Position numbers and translations under genes: made by a program
The notes under the pieces: generated by a model
Database searches by the model: none
Seen by the model: only the letters and a program-made list of their open reading frames with translations
Told to the model about the DNA's origin: nothing
Shown here: one piece after another, positions 9,705 to 20,469 of the stretch
How positions within the stretch are numbered: position 1 is the first letter of the stretch
Layout of the letters: the number at the start of each line of letters is the position of its first letter
DNA from: an uncultured Puniceicoccaceae bacterium
GTDB taxonomy: Bacteria > Verrucomicrobiota > Verrucomicrobiia > Opitutales > Coraliomargaritaceae
NCBI GenBank assembly: GCA_964473765.1
Contig: CAYYQG010000001.1
Span: 28,667 to 92,666, forward strand
Length of the DNA: 64,000 nucleotides
Direction: 5' to 3'

Positions 9705-10615
9705 AGTGCGGCTTCGTTAAGGACCGGGTTCGAGGCCGGGGGGTTTTCGTGGACCTCCCGGGCGAGGCGGCGGTAGTCGTCGGCCACGCCGCTGTCCTGG
9801 GACAGTTCCCCGATGAGGCAGACCGGCAGGCCGAGGGTGACGGAGCGGCGCACCACGATAGCGTCGCGGATCTCGGTATCGAGGATGCGGGCGTCCTCGG
9901 CGACGCGCCCCTGGTTTTTAAATTGGTTGATGCGAAACTGCATGCGCATTTTCGGCACCTCGATATCGGTATTGCTCTTGATGGAGTTGAAGATGACCCC
10001 ACGAACCTCGGCCGGGCGCTGCATCCCGGAGACCCGGAAGCTGGCGGAAAGACGGTGGAACTGTTCCAGTTTCCCGGCGATGAGGGTAAAGCCGATGAGG
10101 CTGAGAGCGTCAGGATTGGCCGGCACGAAGACCTCCCCGCTGGAAAAAATCCCGCACTGGGCAGCGTAGAGGACGTTGGGGGGGCAATCGAAGAGGATGT
10201 AATCGTACTGGTTTTCGATCTCCGCCAACTGCTCGTAGAAGGTGAAATAGAAGGGCCGCCCGTCCGCCGGTTCGTAGTCGTGCTCGATATCGATGAGGTT
10301 GAAGGTGGTGGGAATGAGGTCGAGGCCCGGCAGCAGGTGCTCGCCTTCCTTGCCGAGGACAACGTCTTTCTGCACGCAATCCCGCAACCGGCAGTGCCCC
10401 GGGTCGAAGACCGAGTAGAGATGGCCCCGGTCGGCGGAATTGAGAGGGTTCCAGCGCTCCAGGCGCATCAGCCAGATGCTGGAATTCGACTGGGCGTCCA
10501 GATCGACCAGCAGCACGCGGTTGCCCTCCTGGGCGAGCGCGGCGGCGAGGTTGACGACGACGGAGGTCTTCCCCACCCCGCCCTTGTAGTTAATGAAACT
10601 TATCTTGCGCGGCAT
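9701..10615 (-). CDS. ParA/MinD-family P-loop ATPase (orphan; no ParB gene nearby)
   Basis: Deviant Walker A with signature lysine: ISFINYKGGVGKTSVVVNLAAALA..LLVDLDAQ. Walker B-like YDYILFDCPP. Confidence 0.9.
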   Translation of the reverse strand: MPRKISFINYKGGVGKTSVVVNLAAALAQEGNRVLLVDLDAQSNSSIWLMRLERWNPLNSADRGHLYSVFDPGHCRLRDCVQKDVVLGKEGEHLLPGLDLIPTTFNLIDIEHDYEPADGRPFYFTFYEQLAEIENQYDYILFDCPPNVLYAAQCGIFSSGEVFVPANPDALSLIGFTLIAGKLEQFHRLSASFRVSGMQRPAEVRGVIFNSIKSNTDIEVPKMRMQFRINQFKNQGRVAEDARILDTEIRDAIVVRRSVTLGLPVCLIGELSQDSGVADDYRRLAREVHENPPASNPVLNEAAL

Positions 10616-10674
10616 CGGCTCTCATAGTGGAGCTTCGGTCACCTGCGAGACAACAAACATTTTGACTAATTTCG

Positions 10675-10709
10675 GGTAAAAGAGGGCCGGCGGAAAAGAC
10701 CGCCGACCC
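10675..10709 (-). terminator. candidate intrinsic terminator after the DHOD-like gene
   Basis: Minus strand reads GGGTCGGCGG-TCTTTT-CCGCCGGCCC (9 bp plus one mismatch) followed by TCTTTTACCC. It separates the DHOD-like gene from the ParA operon. Confidence 0.5.
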
Positions 10710-10774
10710 TCGACACTAGCCTCACTTAACTCACCTATCACTACCGTCCGCCTCGTGTCGGCGGGCGGGGAAAG

Positions 10775-11779
10775 TCACTCCGCTCGATCCGGCCTCCAGC
10801 TCTTCAACACCCGCAAGTAGTTGGCGCGTTCGATGGCTTCCGGATGAGGATACCGGTGAAGACTCATGGAACCGCACAGTTGTTCCACGGAATTGAAATC
10901 TTTTTCCTCCATCCACGCCCGCATCTCATCGATGAGGCGGGAGACGGCGGCGGGGCCTTCCCGGAGGACGGTCGAGACGACCTGCACGCAGGACGCACCG
11001 GAAAGGATCGCCTTGATGGCGTCCGCGCCGGTGTGCACCCCTCCGGCGGCGACCAGGTCGGCCTCGACACGGCCGTGAAGGATGGCGAGGAGGCGAAGCC
11101 GGTGGGGCAGTTCGGCGGAGGTGGAAAGGGCGAGCGTCGGCTCGTACCGCATGGACGTGAGGTCGATGTCGGGCTGGTAAAAGCGGTTGAAGAGGACTAT
11201 CCCGTCCGCACCGGCGCCGACCAGGCGGCTGACGAAATTGGGCAGGGACGCGAAAGAAGGTGACAATTTGACCGCCACCGGCAGATTCACTTCCGCCCGG
11301 ACGGATTCGACAATCCGCAGGCAGCGGTCCTCGATGGAGGCGGATGTTTCGGCAGGGTCCACCGGAAGAAAGTACAGGTTGAGCTCGAGGGCGTCGGCGC
11401 CGGCCTGTTCGATAAGACGGGAATACTGTACCCAGGAACCTTCCCTTCCGCCGTTGAAGGAGCCGAAGACGGGAATGGAGACGGCCTCCTTAAGCGCCGC
11501 CAATTGCTCGACGTAGCGGTCGACCCCGTAGTCCAGGCAACCCCTCTGCGGGCTGGAAGAAACCGCCTCGGCGAAAGTCGCGTCGTAGTCGTCGGCCGCG
11601 ACGCCCCCGCCCACGGCGGTGTTGTTGATCTGCTCCTCGAAGAGCGAATACATGACCACGGCGGCCGCGCCCGCGTCCTCCAGCCTCCGGACGGAATCGA
11701 CCTCTTCGCTCAACGGGCAGGCTCCCACGATGAAGGGGTTCTTAAGCTCGAATCCGAGGTAGCGGCAGGTGAGTGACAT
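10775..11779 (-). CDS. dihydroorotate dehydrogenase-like (class 1 DHOD/DHPD-family) flavoprotein
   Basis: LGFELKNPFIVGACPLS N-terminus and TIM-barrel flavoprotein motifs (PVFGSFNGG, VAVKLSP, GADGIVLFNR). Confidence 0.75.
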   Translation of the reverse strand: MSLTCRYLGFELKNPFIVGACPLSEEVDSVRRLEDAGAAAVVMYSLFEEQINNTAVGGGVAADDYDATFAEAVSSSPQRGCLDYGVDRYVEQLAALKEAVSIPVFGSFNGGREGSWVQYSRLIEQAGADALELNLYFLPVDPAETSASIEDRCLRIVESVRAEVNLPVAVKLSPSFASLPNFVSRLVGAGADGIVLFNRFYQPDIDLTSMRYEPTLALSTSAELPHRLRLLAILHGRVEADLVAAGGVHTGADAIKAILSGASCVQVVSTVLREGPAAVSRLIDEMRAWMEEKDFNSVEQLCGSMSLHRYPHPEAIERANYLRVLKSWRPDRAE

Positions 11780-11945
11780 AGCGTGAAAGGCTCAGGCAAC
11801 CTCCAGCTTGGAGAGCCACCGGTCTTTTGGCCAACTGAAAATCGCACCTCCGCGCCTCCTCCGCGCAGGTTTCCAAAAGCGGTGGTTGACCCCGGCCTCT
11901 GTTCCCGCCAGCTCAGGTGGCTCCCCGCACCGGGACACCCTCCGC

Positions 11946-13766
<1,821 letters not shown>

Positions 13767-13793
13767 CCGGAGCGTTGCCTCGTTTACACCTGC

Positions 13794-13823
13794 AACCGCC
13801 GCCAAGCGAACCGCCCGGCGGTT
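13794..13823. terminator. weak hairpin between convergent typA and lysS
   Basis: AACCGCCG (13794-13801) pairs with CGGCGGTT (13816-13823) around a 14-nt loop. There is no clear U-run and it overlaps the lysS stop. Confidence 0.25.
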
Positions 13824-15303
13824 ATTGCAGCGGCTTGAGGCTGGGGAAGAGAATGGTGTCGCGGATGTTGTCGGCGCCGGTGAGGAGGATGACGAGCCGG
13901 TCGATGCCGAGACCCATGCCGCCGGCCGGGGGCATGCCGTGTTCCAGCGCGGTGATGAAATCGGTGTCCATTTTCTGGGTCTCCTCGCCGACTTGGGCTT
14001 CGAACATCTCCCGCTGCACGACGGGGTCGTTCTGCTCCGAGTAGGCGGGCGCAATCTCCTGCCCGTTGATGCAGAGCTCGAAGACGTCAATCGTGGTGGC
14101 GTCGTCCTCGGTGATCTTGGCGAGGGGACAAAGCTCCCTCGGAATATGGGTGACGAAGGTCGGCTGAATCAGGGTTGGCTCGATCAGCTTCTCAAAGACG
14201 TCGCCGGTGATTTCGTGGTCCTCGAGGTCGCCGTCGACCTCGATGCCGATGGCGCGGGCCTTCTCCAGCTTTTCCCCGCGGCTGCGGGAAAACCAGTCCG
14301 GGTCACCGGTCGTCTCGAGAATGAGGTCCTTGTAGCGGGCCTCGCGCCAGTCGCCGGACAGGTCGATGACCGTGCCGTCGGAGCGCCCGATGCGGAGGGA
14401 ACCGATCACCTTCTCCGCGACGTGCTGGATGAGCGCACGGGTCAGCTCCATCATGCCGCGAAAATCGCTGTAGGCCTGGTACAGCTCAAGCATGGTGAAT
14501 TCGGGATTGTGACGACGGGACAGGCCTTCGTTGCGGAAGACGCGGCCGATTTCGAAGACCTTGTCCTCACCCGCCACCAGCATGCGCTTGAGGTACAATT
14601 CCAGCGCGATACGCAGATAGAAGTCGCAGTCAAGGGCGTTGAAATGGGTGACAAAGGGGCGGGCGGCGGCACCCCCGGCAACTCCCTGCAGGACGGGCGT
14701 CTCGACCTCGGTGAAGCCGCGGCCCCAGAGGAAGCGGCGCATCGCGCGAATGATGTCCGCCCGCTGGCGGAAGCGCCGGCGGGAGTCCGGATTGACGATA
14801 AGGTCGAGGTAGCGCTGGCGGTAGATCTTGTCGTCGTCGGTCAGCCCGTGCCACTTTTCCGGGAGCGGTCGGAGCGCCTTGGAAACCAGCGTGTAGCGCC
14901 CGGCCCGTACCGTGATCTCGCCGGTCTTGGTTTTGAACAACCGACCCTCCACCCCGATGATGTCACCGAGGTCGAGCTTCTTGAAATAGGTGTTGTACTC
15001 GCCCTCCGGAAGCTCGTCGCGGGTGACGTAGCACTGGATCTGCCCGTCGCGGTCCTGCAGCTTGATGAAGCTGGCCTTGCCCATGACCCGGAACACGACG
15101 ATGCGGCCGGCCACCGCCACGACCGGTTGCTCCTCGTCGGCCGCGCCCTCCACGTAGGCTTCGAGCGCCTCCGCCGACGTATGCGACTGGCGGCAATTGG
15201 CGCGGAAAGGATCGCGACCCTCCCCGCGGAGACCCTCGAGCTTCCCCAGGCGCACCGCGTACAAGTCGTGCGTGTTGTCCGATTGGGTGGATTGGTCTGT
15301 CAT
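13822..15303 (-). CDS. lysS: lysine--tRNA ligase (class II)
   Basis: Class II LysRS motifs (FRNEG, GGMGLGIDRLVILL) and an OB-fold N-terminal part. ATG at 15303 (MTDQST). Confidence 0.95.
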   Translation of the reverse strand: MTDQSTQSDNTHDLYAVRLGKLEGLRGEGRDPFRANCRQSHTSAEALEAYVEGAADEEQPVVAVAGRIVVFRVMGKASFIKLQDRDGQIQCYVTRDELPEGEYNTYFKKLDLGDIIGVEGRLFKTKTGEITVRAGRYTLVSKALRPLPEKWHGLTDDDKIYRQRYLDLIVNPDSRRRFRQRADIIRAMRRFLWGRGFTEVETPVLQGVAGGAAARPFVTHFNALDCDFYLRIALELYLKRMLVAGEDKVFEIGRVFRNEGLSRRHNPEFTMLELYQAYSDFRGMMELTRALIQHVAEKVIGSLRIGRSDGTVIDLSGDWREARYKDLILETTGDPDWFSRSRGEKLEKARAIGIEVDGDLEDHEITGDVFEKLIEPTLIQPTFVTHIPRELCPLAKITEDDATTIDVFELCINGQEIAPAYSEQNDPVVQREMFEAQVGEETQKMDTDFITALEHGMPPAGGMGLGIDRLVILLTGADNIRDTILFPSLKPLQ

Positions 15304-15420
15304 GGCCGGAAAGCGGCATTCCGCCGCAGTTGAGAAAAGCCAGAAAGGGAAACCGGCGGGCCGGGAAAAGCGCGAGAAAAAACTTGAGTCGTGCTCAGGA
15401 GAGTATAAATAAGTGATCAA

Positions 15421-15876
15421 ATGAAGCAGAAAAAAAGGAAAGACGGAGTCGAGGAACCCGCCGCCGTCTATGGAGCGGCACCCTCGGCGACGGGCCGTCG
15501 CGCGATGGATGCGGACGAAACGGTCGAGCGCATCCGGGCCGGTCTGCCGATGGTTGAGTTCGAGGCATTGCAGGAGTTACTCGGCGTCGGGGCGGAAGAG
15601 CTCGCCGGGCACCTTTCGATTTCGCGGAGCACGCTGGTTCGCCGTCGGCGCGGCGGCCGGCTCGACATGCAGGAGTCCGACCGTCTGCTCCGCTTCGCCC
15701 GGCTGTACGGGCGCACGCTCGAGGTTCTGGGCGAGGCCGGGGCGGCGCGGCAATGGCTGCGGGCTCCGGCGCGGGCGCTGGGCTTCGTCACCCCGCTGGA
15801 GTTCGCCGAGACCGAGGCAGGTGCCCGCGAAGTCGAGGCCCTCCTCGGCCGGATCGAGTACGGGATCTTCAGCTGA
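15421..15876 (+). CDS. Xre/MbcA/ParS-type antitoxin (DUF2384 toxin-binding domain)
   Basis: The C-terminal segment W(L)..P...LG...P(L)EFAETEAGAREVEALLGRIEYGIF is typical of DUF2384. Its stop overlaps the RES toxin start by 1 nt (TGATG at 15874-15878). Confidence 0.8.
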   Translation: MKQKKRKDGVEEPAAVYGAAPSATGRRAMDADETVERIRAGLPMVEFEALQELLGVGAEELAGHLSISRSTLVRRRRGGRLDMQESDRLLRFARLYGRTLEVLGEAGAARQWLRAPARALGFVTPLEFAETEAGAREVEALLGRIEYGIFS

Positions 15877-16331
15877 TGCCCTCGGCCTGGCGGATCGTGG
15901 CGGGGCACCGCGCGGAAAACCCCTTCGACGGCGAGGGCGCCCGGCGCAACGGGGGACGCTGGAACCGGCCGGGAACACCAGTCGTCTACACCGCCGGAAG
16001 CCGGGCCCTGGCTGCCCTCGAGATGCTCGTCCACCTCGACCGCGCCACCCCGCTGCGCTTTCTTCTCATCGAAGTCTCGATCCCGCCGCATCTGGTCGGG
16101 CGGCTGAGCCGGCTTCCGCCGGTCGCCGCACTGCGGTCACCGGCCATCCAACCGGCGACCCGCGACGCCGGCGAGGCCTGGCTGGCGGCCGGTAAATCGC
16201 CCGTCCTGGAAATCCCGAGCGCGATCATCCCGGAGGAACCAAATTACCTGCTCAACCCGCTCCACCCGCGTTTCGCCGAGATCGGGACGGGAACGCCCCA
16301 CCCCTTCGCCTTCGACCCGCGGCTGCTCTGA
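15876..16331 (+). CDS. RES-domain toxin (MbcT/ParT-type NAD+-targeting enzyme family)
   Basis: AWRIV...GEGARRNGGRWNRPGTPVVYTAGSRALAALE...IPSAIIPEE contains the R..E..S signature context. Paired with the upstream Xre-type antitoxin. Confidence 0.85.
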   Translation: MPSAWRIVAGHRAENPFDGEGARRNGGRWNRPGTPVVYTAGSRALAALEMLVHLDRATPLRFLLIEVSIPPHLVGRLSRLPPVAALRSPAIQPATRDAGEAWLAAGKSPVLEIPSAIIPEEPNYLLNPLHPRFAEIGTGTPHPFAFDPRLL

Positions 16332-16375
16332 ATCAACTCTTGGCCCGGCGCTGATTCCCGCCCATAAACAAAGGC

Positions 16376-16912
16376 ATGACGGTGGAAGAACGCATCGCCC
16401 GCTACCTCGACCAAACGCCGCAGGTCGACCCGACCGCCTATGTCGCCGCCGGTGCTACCGTCATCGGCGCCGTCACTCTCGGGCCCCGCAGCAGCGTCTG
16501 GCACAGCGCCGTGCTGCGCGGCGATATCAACACCATCGAGATCGGCGAAGGCTCCAATGTGCAGGACGGTACCATCGTCCACCTGGCCGACGACCTCGGC
16601 GTCAAGGTCGGGCGCTACGTCACCATCGGGCACGCCGCCATGATCCACGCCTGCGCCATCGGCGACGAGAGCCTCATCGGCATGCAGGCCACCGTGCTGG
16701 ACGGCGCGGTCATTGGAGCACAATCGATCGTCGGAGCGGGAGCCCTTGTGACCAAGGGCACCGAAGTTCCGCCCGGTTCGCTGGTTCTGGGAACTCCGGC
16801 CAAGGTCATACGCCCGTTGAGCGACGAGGAACGCGCCGGGCTCCGAGCATGGGCGGAAAAATACGTGCTGGTTTCAGCCGAACACAAAAAACGGTTCGGG
16901 TCGGCTCTGTGA
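16376..16912 (+). CDS. gamma-class carbonic anhydrase family / hexapeptide-repeat protein (YrdA/PaaY-like)
   Basis: Left-handed beta-helix hexapeptide repeats: VWHSAVLRGDINTIEIGEGSNVQDGTIVH..GHAAMIHACAIGD. Confidence 0.85.
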   Translation: MTVEERIARYLDQTPQVDPTAYVAAGATVIGAVTLGPRSSVWHSAVLRGDINTIEIGEGSNVQDGTIVHLADDLGVKVGRYVTIGHAAMIHACAIGDESLIGMQATVLDGAVIGAQSIVGAGALVTKGTEVPPGSLVLGTPAKVIRPLSDEERAGLRAWAEKYVLVSAEHKKRFGSAL

Positions 16913-17077
16913 TTCTCCCAAGCGCCCGGGCAACGCGATCAGGGGAGAAGAGATAACCGCAGATGGACCGGGAAGAACGTTGAGCATGACGTGCGCTGCC
17001 AAGCATTGCCCCCGTGCGCGTGTCGGAAATTTCTTTCATCGCTATTGCACCGAGCGACGCAACCTCTTCCAGTCGGG

Positions 17078-17141
17078 ATCGGAATCGCTATCGAAATCGC
17101 TTCACTCGGCTCGATTTCGATAGCGATTCCGATTATTTTTC
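17078..17141 (+). terminator. perfect 22-bp inverted repeat followed by a T-run (terminator-like repeat element, family copy 1)
   Basis: ATCGGAATCGCTATCGAAATCG (17078-17099) and its exact reverse complement (17112-17133) flank a 12-nt loop, followed by TATTTTTCT. A related degenerate copy lies at 46784-46840. Confidence 0.4.
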
Positions 17142-17526
17142 TCTACGTAGAGCGCGATCATGGAGTGGAGGCGGAGCCGTAACGGAATTGATCACCGCGA
17201 CTGGTTGGGTCTGTTTCCTGAGGTCCAGAAGGCAAGGGATAAATAGTGCTGACACGATTAGTGCGACAATCCCAACCCCAATGCAAAGTGCTATGATAGC
17301 TTCTTGTGGCGAAACACCTGCCCTAACAGTCTCGGAGGCTTTTAAAATTGGGAGATAGGCAATGGCAAATTCCTCATTCGTCGGCGGTGAGAGGTTCCGA
17401 TAGTTGGCTTTGGGCGGGCGCGATATGGTGCTTTGTGGGCAGTTTTGGCCGGGGACGCAAGCGGGCGGGTCCGCGTCCGGTGCAGGCTCGGGATGATAGT
17501 AACGGTTTGGAAGTATCGGTACGAAC

Positions 17527-18016
17527 TCATGGCGCTTGCGCCCAGTGTTGGAGCGGCCCCGGCCTAGGCATGACTTCGGTGGCGAGCAGTTCCTGGCAGC
17601 GGCAGCGGGGGCACTGCGGCAGCGGGGCCGGTGCGGTGGTTTTTGCGAGCAGGGCGCAGATGGCTTTGGTCGCGGCAGCAAGGGAGCGGCCCTGCCGCTG
17701 TAGGCTGTTGCCGAGCTTTTTCAGCGCAGCGGCTTTGGTGGCGTGGGCGAAGATGCCGTAGCGCTGGTGGGCGAGCTGGAGCACGCTTTGCGCGGCGGCT
17801 TCAAAAAGCGCCCGGTAGAGCGCTTCAGGTGCGGCCCGGCAATGTTCGGCCAGAGCGGCGGGCACGGTAAAGACCAGATGGGCATAGGGCACGGGCGGGA
17901 GCTCACGCAGGCGCGCGGCGATCCACTCCTGCTGTTTGCCCTGCTGGCAGCGCGGACAGTGGCGGTTGCGGCAGGAGTGCCAGCGGACTGCGCCACTGGT
18001 CGAGTCCCCGCTTACT
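17527..18016 (-). pseudogene. IS91-family (Y2/HUH) transposase fragment
   Basis: My in-frame translation gives ..RWHSCRNRHCPRCQQGKQQEWIAARLRELPPVPYAHLVFTVPAAL.., the N-terminal zinc-binding region and H.VFT.P motif of IS91 transposases. About 40 aa later it jumps to a C-terminal CPRC-like end, so most of the catalytic core is missing. Confidence 0.6.
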
Positions 18017-18262
18017 TAGATGCAGGTAGCGCGCGGTGGTATGCAGGTCGGCGTGGCCAAGCAGGCGCTGGACCACCGCGAGGTTCACTCCGCCTTCGAC
18101 CCTATGGGTGGCGAAACTGTGGTCCTTGTCGATGTGGCAGGACCGCAGGTGGATCGCCTCGGCCAGACGCAGCCCCGTGCCGTAAACGAGCATCAGGAAG
18201 GTCCGGTGGTGCCGCTGCGGGGCGCAGCCGATCAAGCGCTCGACCTCCTCCACGCTAAGCAC
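17903..18262 (-). pseudogene. tyrosine recombinase (phage-integrase family) fragment
   Basis: LMLVYGTGLRLAEAIHLR (catalytic Arg context) and LLGHADLHTTARYLH (H..RY C-terminal motif) are separated by far too little sequence. It overlaps the transposase fragment in another frame. Confidence 0.55.
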
Positions 18263-18354
18263 CTCCGGCAGACGCCAGCCGCTGCGCGCACGTAGCGCAC
18301 ACGACTGTCGGTGAGGCTAGACGCGGATATGGAGCGCAGCGGAATATCCGTTGT

Positions 18355-18603
18355 CTACGCCGTCTGGATCTGCGGCGTGAGGGTGTGGAGGTGTTCTGGA
18401 GCAAAGTCCGCGCCGTTCGGCCACGTAAGTGTGTGACCTTCCAGTGTGAACCGCTTGAAATACTCTGGATCCTTCAATGGCTCGAAAATAGGGCCATCCA
18501 ATTCATTTTTGAGATCGACCTGGCCATCTGTTCCACCGCTGAACTTTAACCATACGCGGTAGCCATCCAGATACTTTGCTTCTTCAATATGTAGGAATTT
18601 CAT
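18355..18603 (-). CDS. DUF2442 domain protein
   Basis: MKFLHIEEAKYLDGYRVWLKFSGGTDGQVDL...GHTLTWPNGADFAPEHL is the characteristic DUF2442 pattern. ATG at 18603. Confidence 0.8.
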   Translation of the reverse strand: MKFLHIEEAKYLDGYRVWLKFSGGTDGQVDLKNELDGPIFEPLKDPEYFKRFTLEGHTLTWPNGADFAPEHLHTLTPQIQTA

Positions 18604-18659
18604 TATTCGAGGGGTTGAATCGGTTCGAGTGGTTTCCTTTGCTCCGCAAGCTCCCAGTC

Positions 18660-18860
18660 TCACAGGAGCGCTTCTTTGTTCATTTCGTACCATTCCAAGA
18701 CAGCCTTCAATGCACGTCTGGGGAAATGGCCGGTGACGATGCCGGTCGCGATTTCAACGGTGATCTCATACTTGCCATATTCCGCATGGTAATGAGGCGG
18801 TGCATGATCGCGGTAATACATCCGTATGATGATCCCGAGAAATCTGGAAATTTCAGGCAT
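18660..18860 (-). CDS. DUF4160 domain protein
   Basis: MPEISRFLGIIIRMYYRDHAPPHYHAEYGKYE is the hallmark DUF4160 N-terminus. It lies upstream of the DUF2442 gene, the usual pairing. Confidence 0.8.
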   Translation of the reverse strand: MPEISRFLGIIIRMYYRDHAPPHYHAEYGKYEITVEIATGIVTGHFPRRALKAVLEWYEMNKEALL

Positions 18861-19266
18861 GTTGGGAAGTTAGTCGGTTTCGGACGGACTTTCAATTCCT
18901 TTCGCAGATCAGTCTTATCAGTCACGCCCCGGGACGTACGAGCTGGACGCGTCGTTTGAAATGTGCCGGAAGGGTTCTGGGATGCATAAATTTATAACAA
19001 CGTTTAGATTCAGTTTATAAGACGGCGCAAGGACCGTTGGCAACCGAATTCAGACCTATGGGGCGCAAAAGCCTTGTTCGTGGGCTCTGGGGGCCGATCC
19101 AACGCGGGAGCGCGCGGATGGGCCGGAATTCGCCAGTTCGTATGTTTCCGTGGTGGAAGAGGGTTCCAGTTCGTAACTTGGGGCATTCAAGGACACCCAT
19201 GAATCGGGTGGATCTGCCGTCCCCCAACCGAAAACCCCCAACCGAGAACTGAAAGCCGCCGCCCGT

Positions 19267-20328
19267 TTACGCCATTCTCTCCAGCAGCTGGGGCGTGACC
19301 TCGTGTTGCAGGGGTTGGCCCTTGAGGTAGCGCCGCAGTTCGCCGAACATGTACCAGCCCATGCGCTGGCATTCGGCATCCACGCTACCGGCGATATGGG
19401 GGGTCAGGTAGGCATTTGGGAGGGTCCACAACGGGCTGTCGGGAGCCAGCGGCTCCTTTGCGACCACGTCGAGGTGGGCCGCGAGGTCGGGGCGGGCGGC
19501 GAGGACGCGGGCCATTTCTTCTTCACGGATAATCTGGCCGCGGGCGGTGTTGATCAGGCTGGCGCCCTCTTTCATGGAGGCGATCAGGTCTTCCCCGATC
19601 ATGCCGCGGGTGCTGTCGAGGTGTGGAGCGTGGATGCTGACCACATCGGCCTGGGAGAAAACGGTTTCGAGGGCGACCAGCTCGACGTCGAGCTCACTGG
19701 CCAGCCCCTGGTCGACAAAGGGGTCGTGAGCGATGACCCGCAGGTCATGGGATTGAAGGAAACGGGCCACGCGCCGCCCGATGGCGCCGAGGGAAACGAG
19801 GCCGACGGTACTGCCGAACGCGCCCGATACGGTAAAGGGCCGCTCCCACGCCCGCGTGCGGCGGAGATGATCGACGGTGGAAGAGACGCGCTTCAGTGCC
19901 AGCAGGATGGTGGCGTAGGTGAACTCCGCCACCGGCACCGCGTTGGCCTGCCAGGAGCTGCAGACGCGGACGCCACGCTTGATCGCCTCCGGCAGGAAGA
20001 TTGCCCGCACCGAACCGGCCCCGTAGAGCACCAGTTTGAGCTTGGGCGCGGCGGCGAGGAATTCGGCACCGAGCGGCTCCATGCCCCAGCCGGAGAGAAT
20101 GATTTCCGCTTCCGCCAGACGGTCTTTATGTTGACGCCAGTTGCTCCGTTCGATCACCGGACCCGGGGTGATGTCCAACTCGGCGGCCAGGCGTTGCCGC
20201 AGTTGGGAAGAGTAAATCATGTCCATGGCGCCCGCCCCCAGGAGGTAGACCGCCTTCGGTCTTTCGGATTCCGGCAGGATCGGCATCGATTCGTCGACGT
20301 TTGAGATGGATCGCGGGTGACTGTTCAT
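19267..20328 (-). CDS. D-isomer-specific 2-hydroxyacid dehydrogenase family protein
   Basis: NAD-binding VGLVSLGAIGRRVARFL, then ..VVSIHAP.. and ..NTARG..I.. motifs. I place the start at ATG 20328 (MNSHPR) or 20286. The upstream 219 codons of the track ORF are antisense to a better + strand gene. Confidence 0.8.
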   Translation of the reverse strand: MNSHPRSISNVDESMPILPESERPKAVYLLGAGAMDMIYSSQLRQRLAAELDITPGPVIERSNWRQHKDRLAEAEIILSGWGMEPLGAEFLAAAPKLKLVLYGAGSVRAIFLPEAIKRGVRVCSSWQANAVPVAEFTYATILLALKRVSSTVDHLRRTRAWERPFTVSGAFGSTVGLVSLGAIGRRVARFLQSHDLRVIAHDPFVDQGLASELDVELVALETVFSQADVVSIHAPHLDSTRGMIGEDLIASMKEGASLINTARGQIIREEEMARVLAARPDLAAHLDVVAKEPLAPDSPLWTLPNAYLTPHIAGSVDAECQRMGWYMFGELRRYLKGQPLQHEVTPQLLERMA

Positions 20329-20469
20329 GGTGGCGCACGAAAAACCCGGATGTTCTTGCCCGGTGTGGAGCTGTCGAGAAGAAAGACGGGGCGCGCGATA
20401 ACTGAACCACCCAGGGAGCGGACGGCTTCGTATTGCTTCCCGCTCCCAGGGGTGAAATAAATTTGGAGC

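Larger units (their letters stand above)
17430..18300 (-). mobile_element. decayed IS91-family element remnant (transposase and integrase fragments)
   Basis: Contains the two pseudogene fragments listed next. No intact ORF and no ends were identified. Confidence 0.5.

Noticed and set aside
11808-11945. 46-codon N-terminal extension of typA. Similar extensions precede lysS (15304-15420), the fucosidase (31829-31975), rnfA/E/G/D, and the DEAD-box helicase (48834-49349).
   Set aside because: The homology-defined N-termini coincide with internal ATGs that I verified in the sequence. The extensions overlap neighbouring genes or repeats and are compositionally atypical.
17133-17681. 182-aa ORF with a hydrophobic C-terminal stretch in the AT-richer segment
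   Set aside because: The only start codon is far upstream in Pro/Arg-rich sequence that overlaps the IS91 fragment region. There is no internal ATG/GTG/TTG before the plausible membrane segment. It is likely a gene fragment or a chance ORF.
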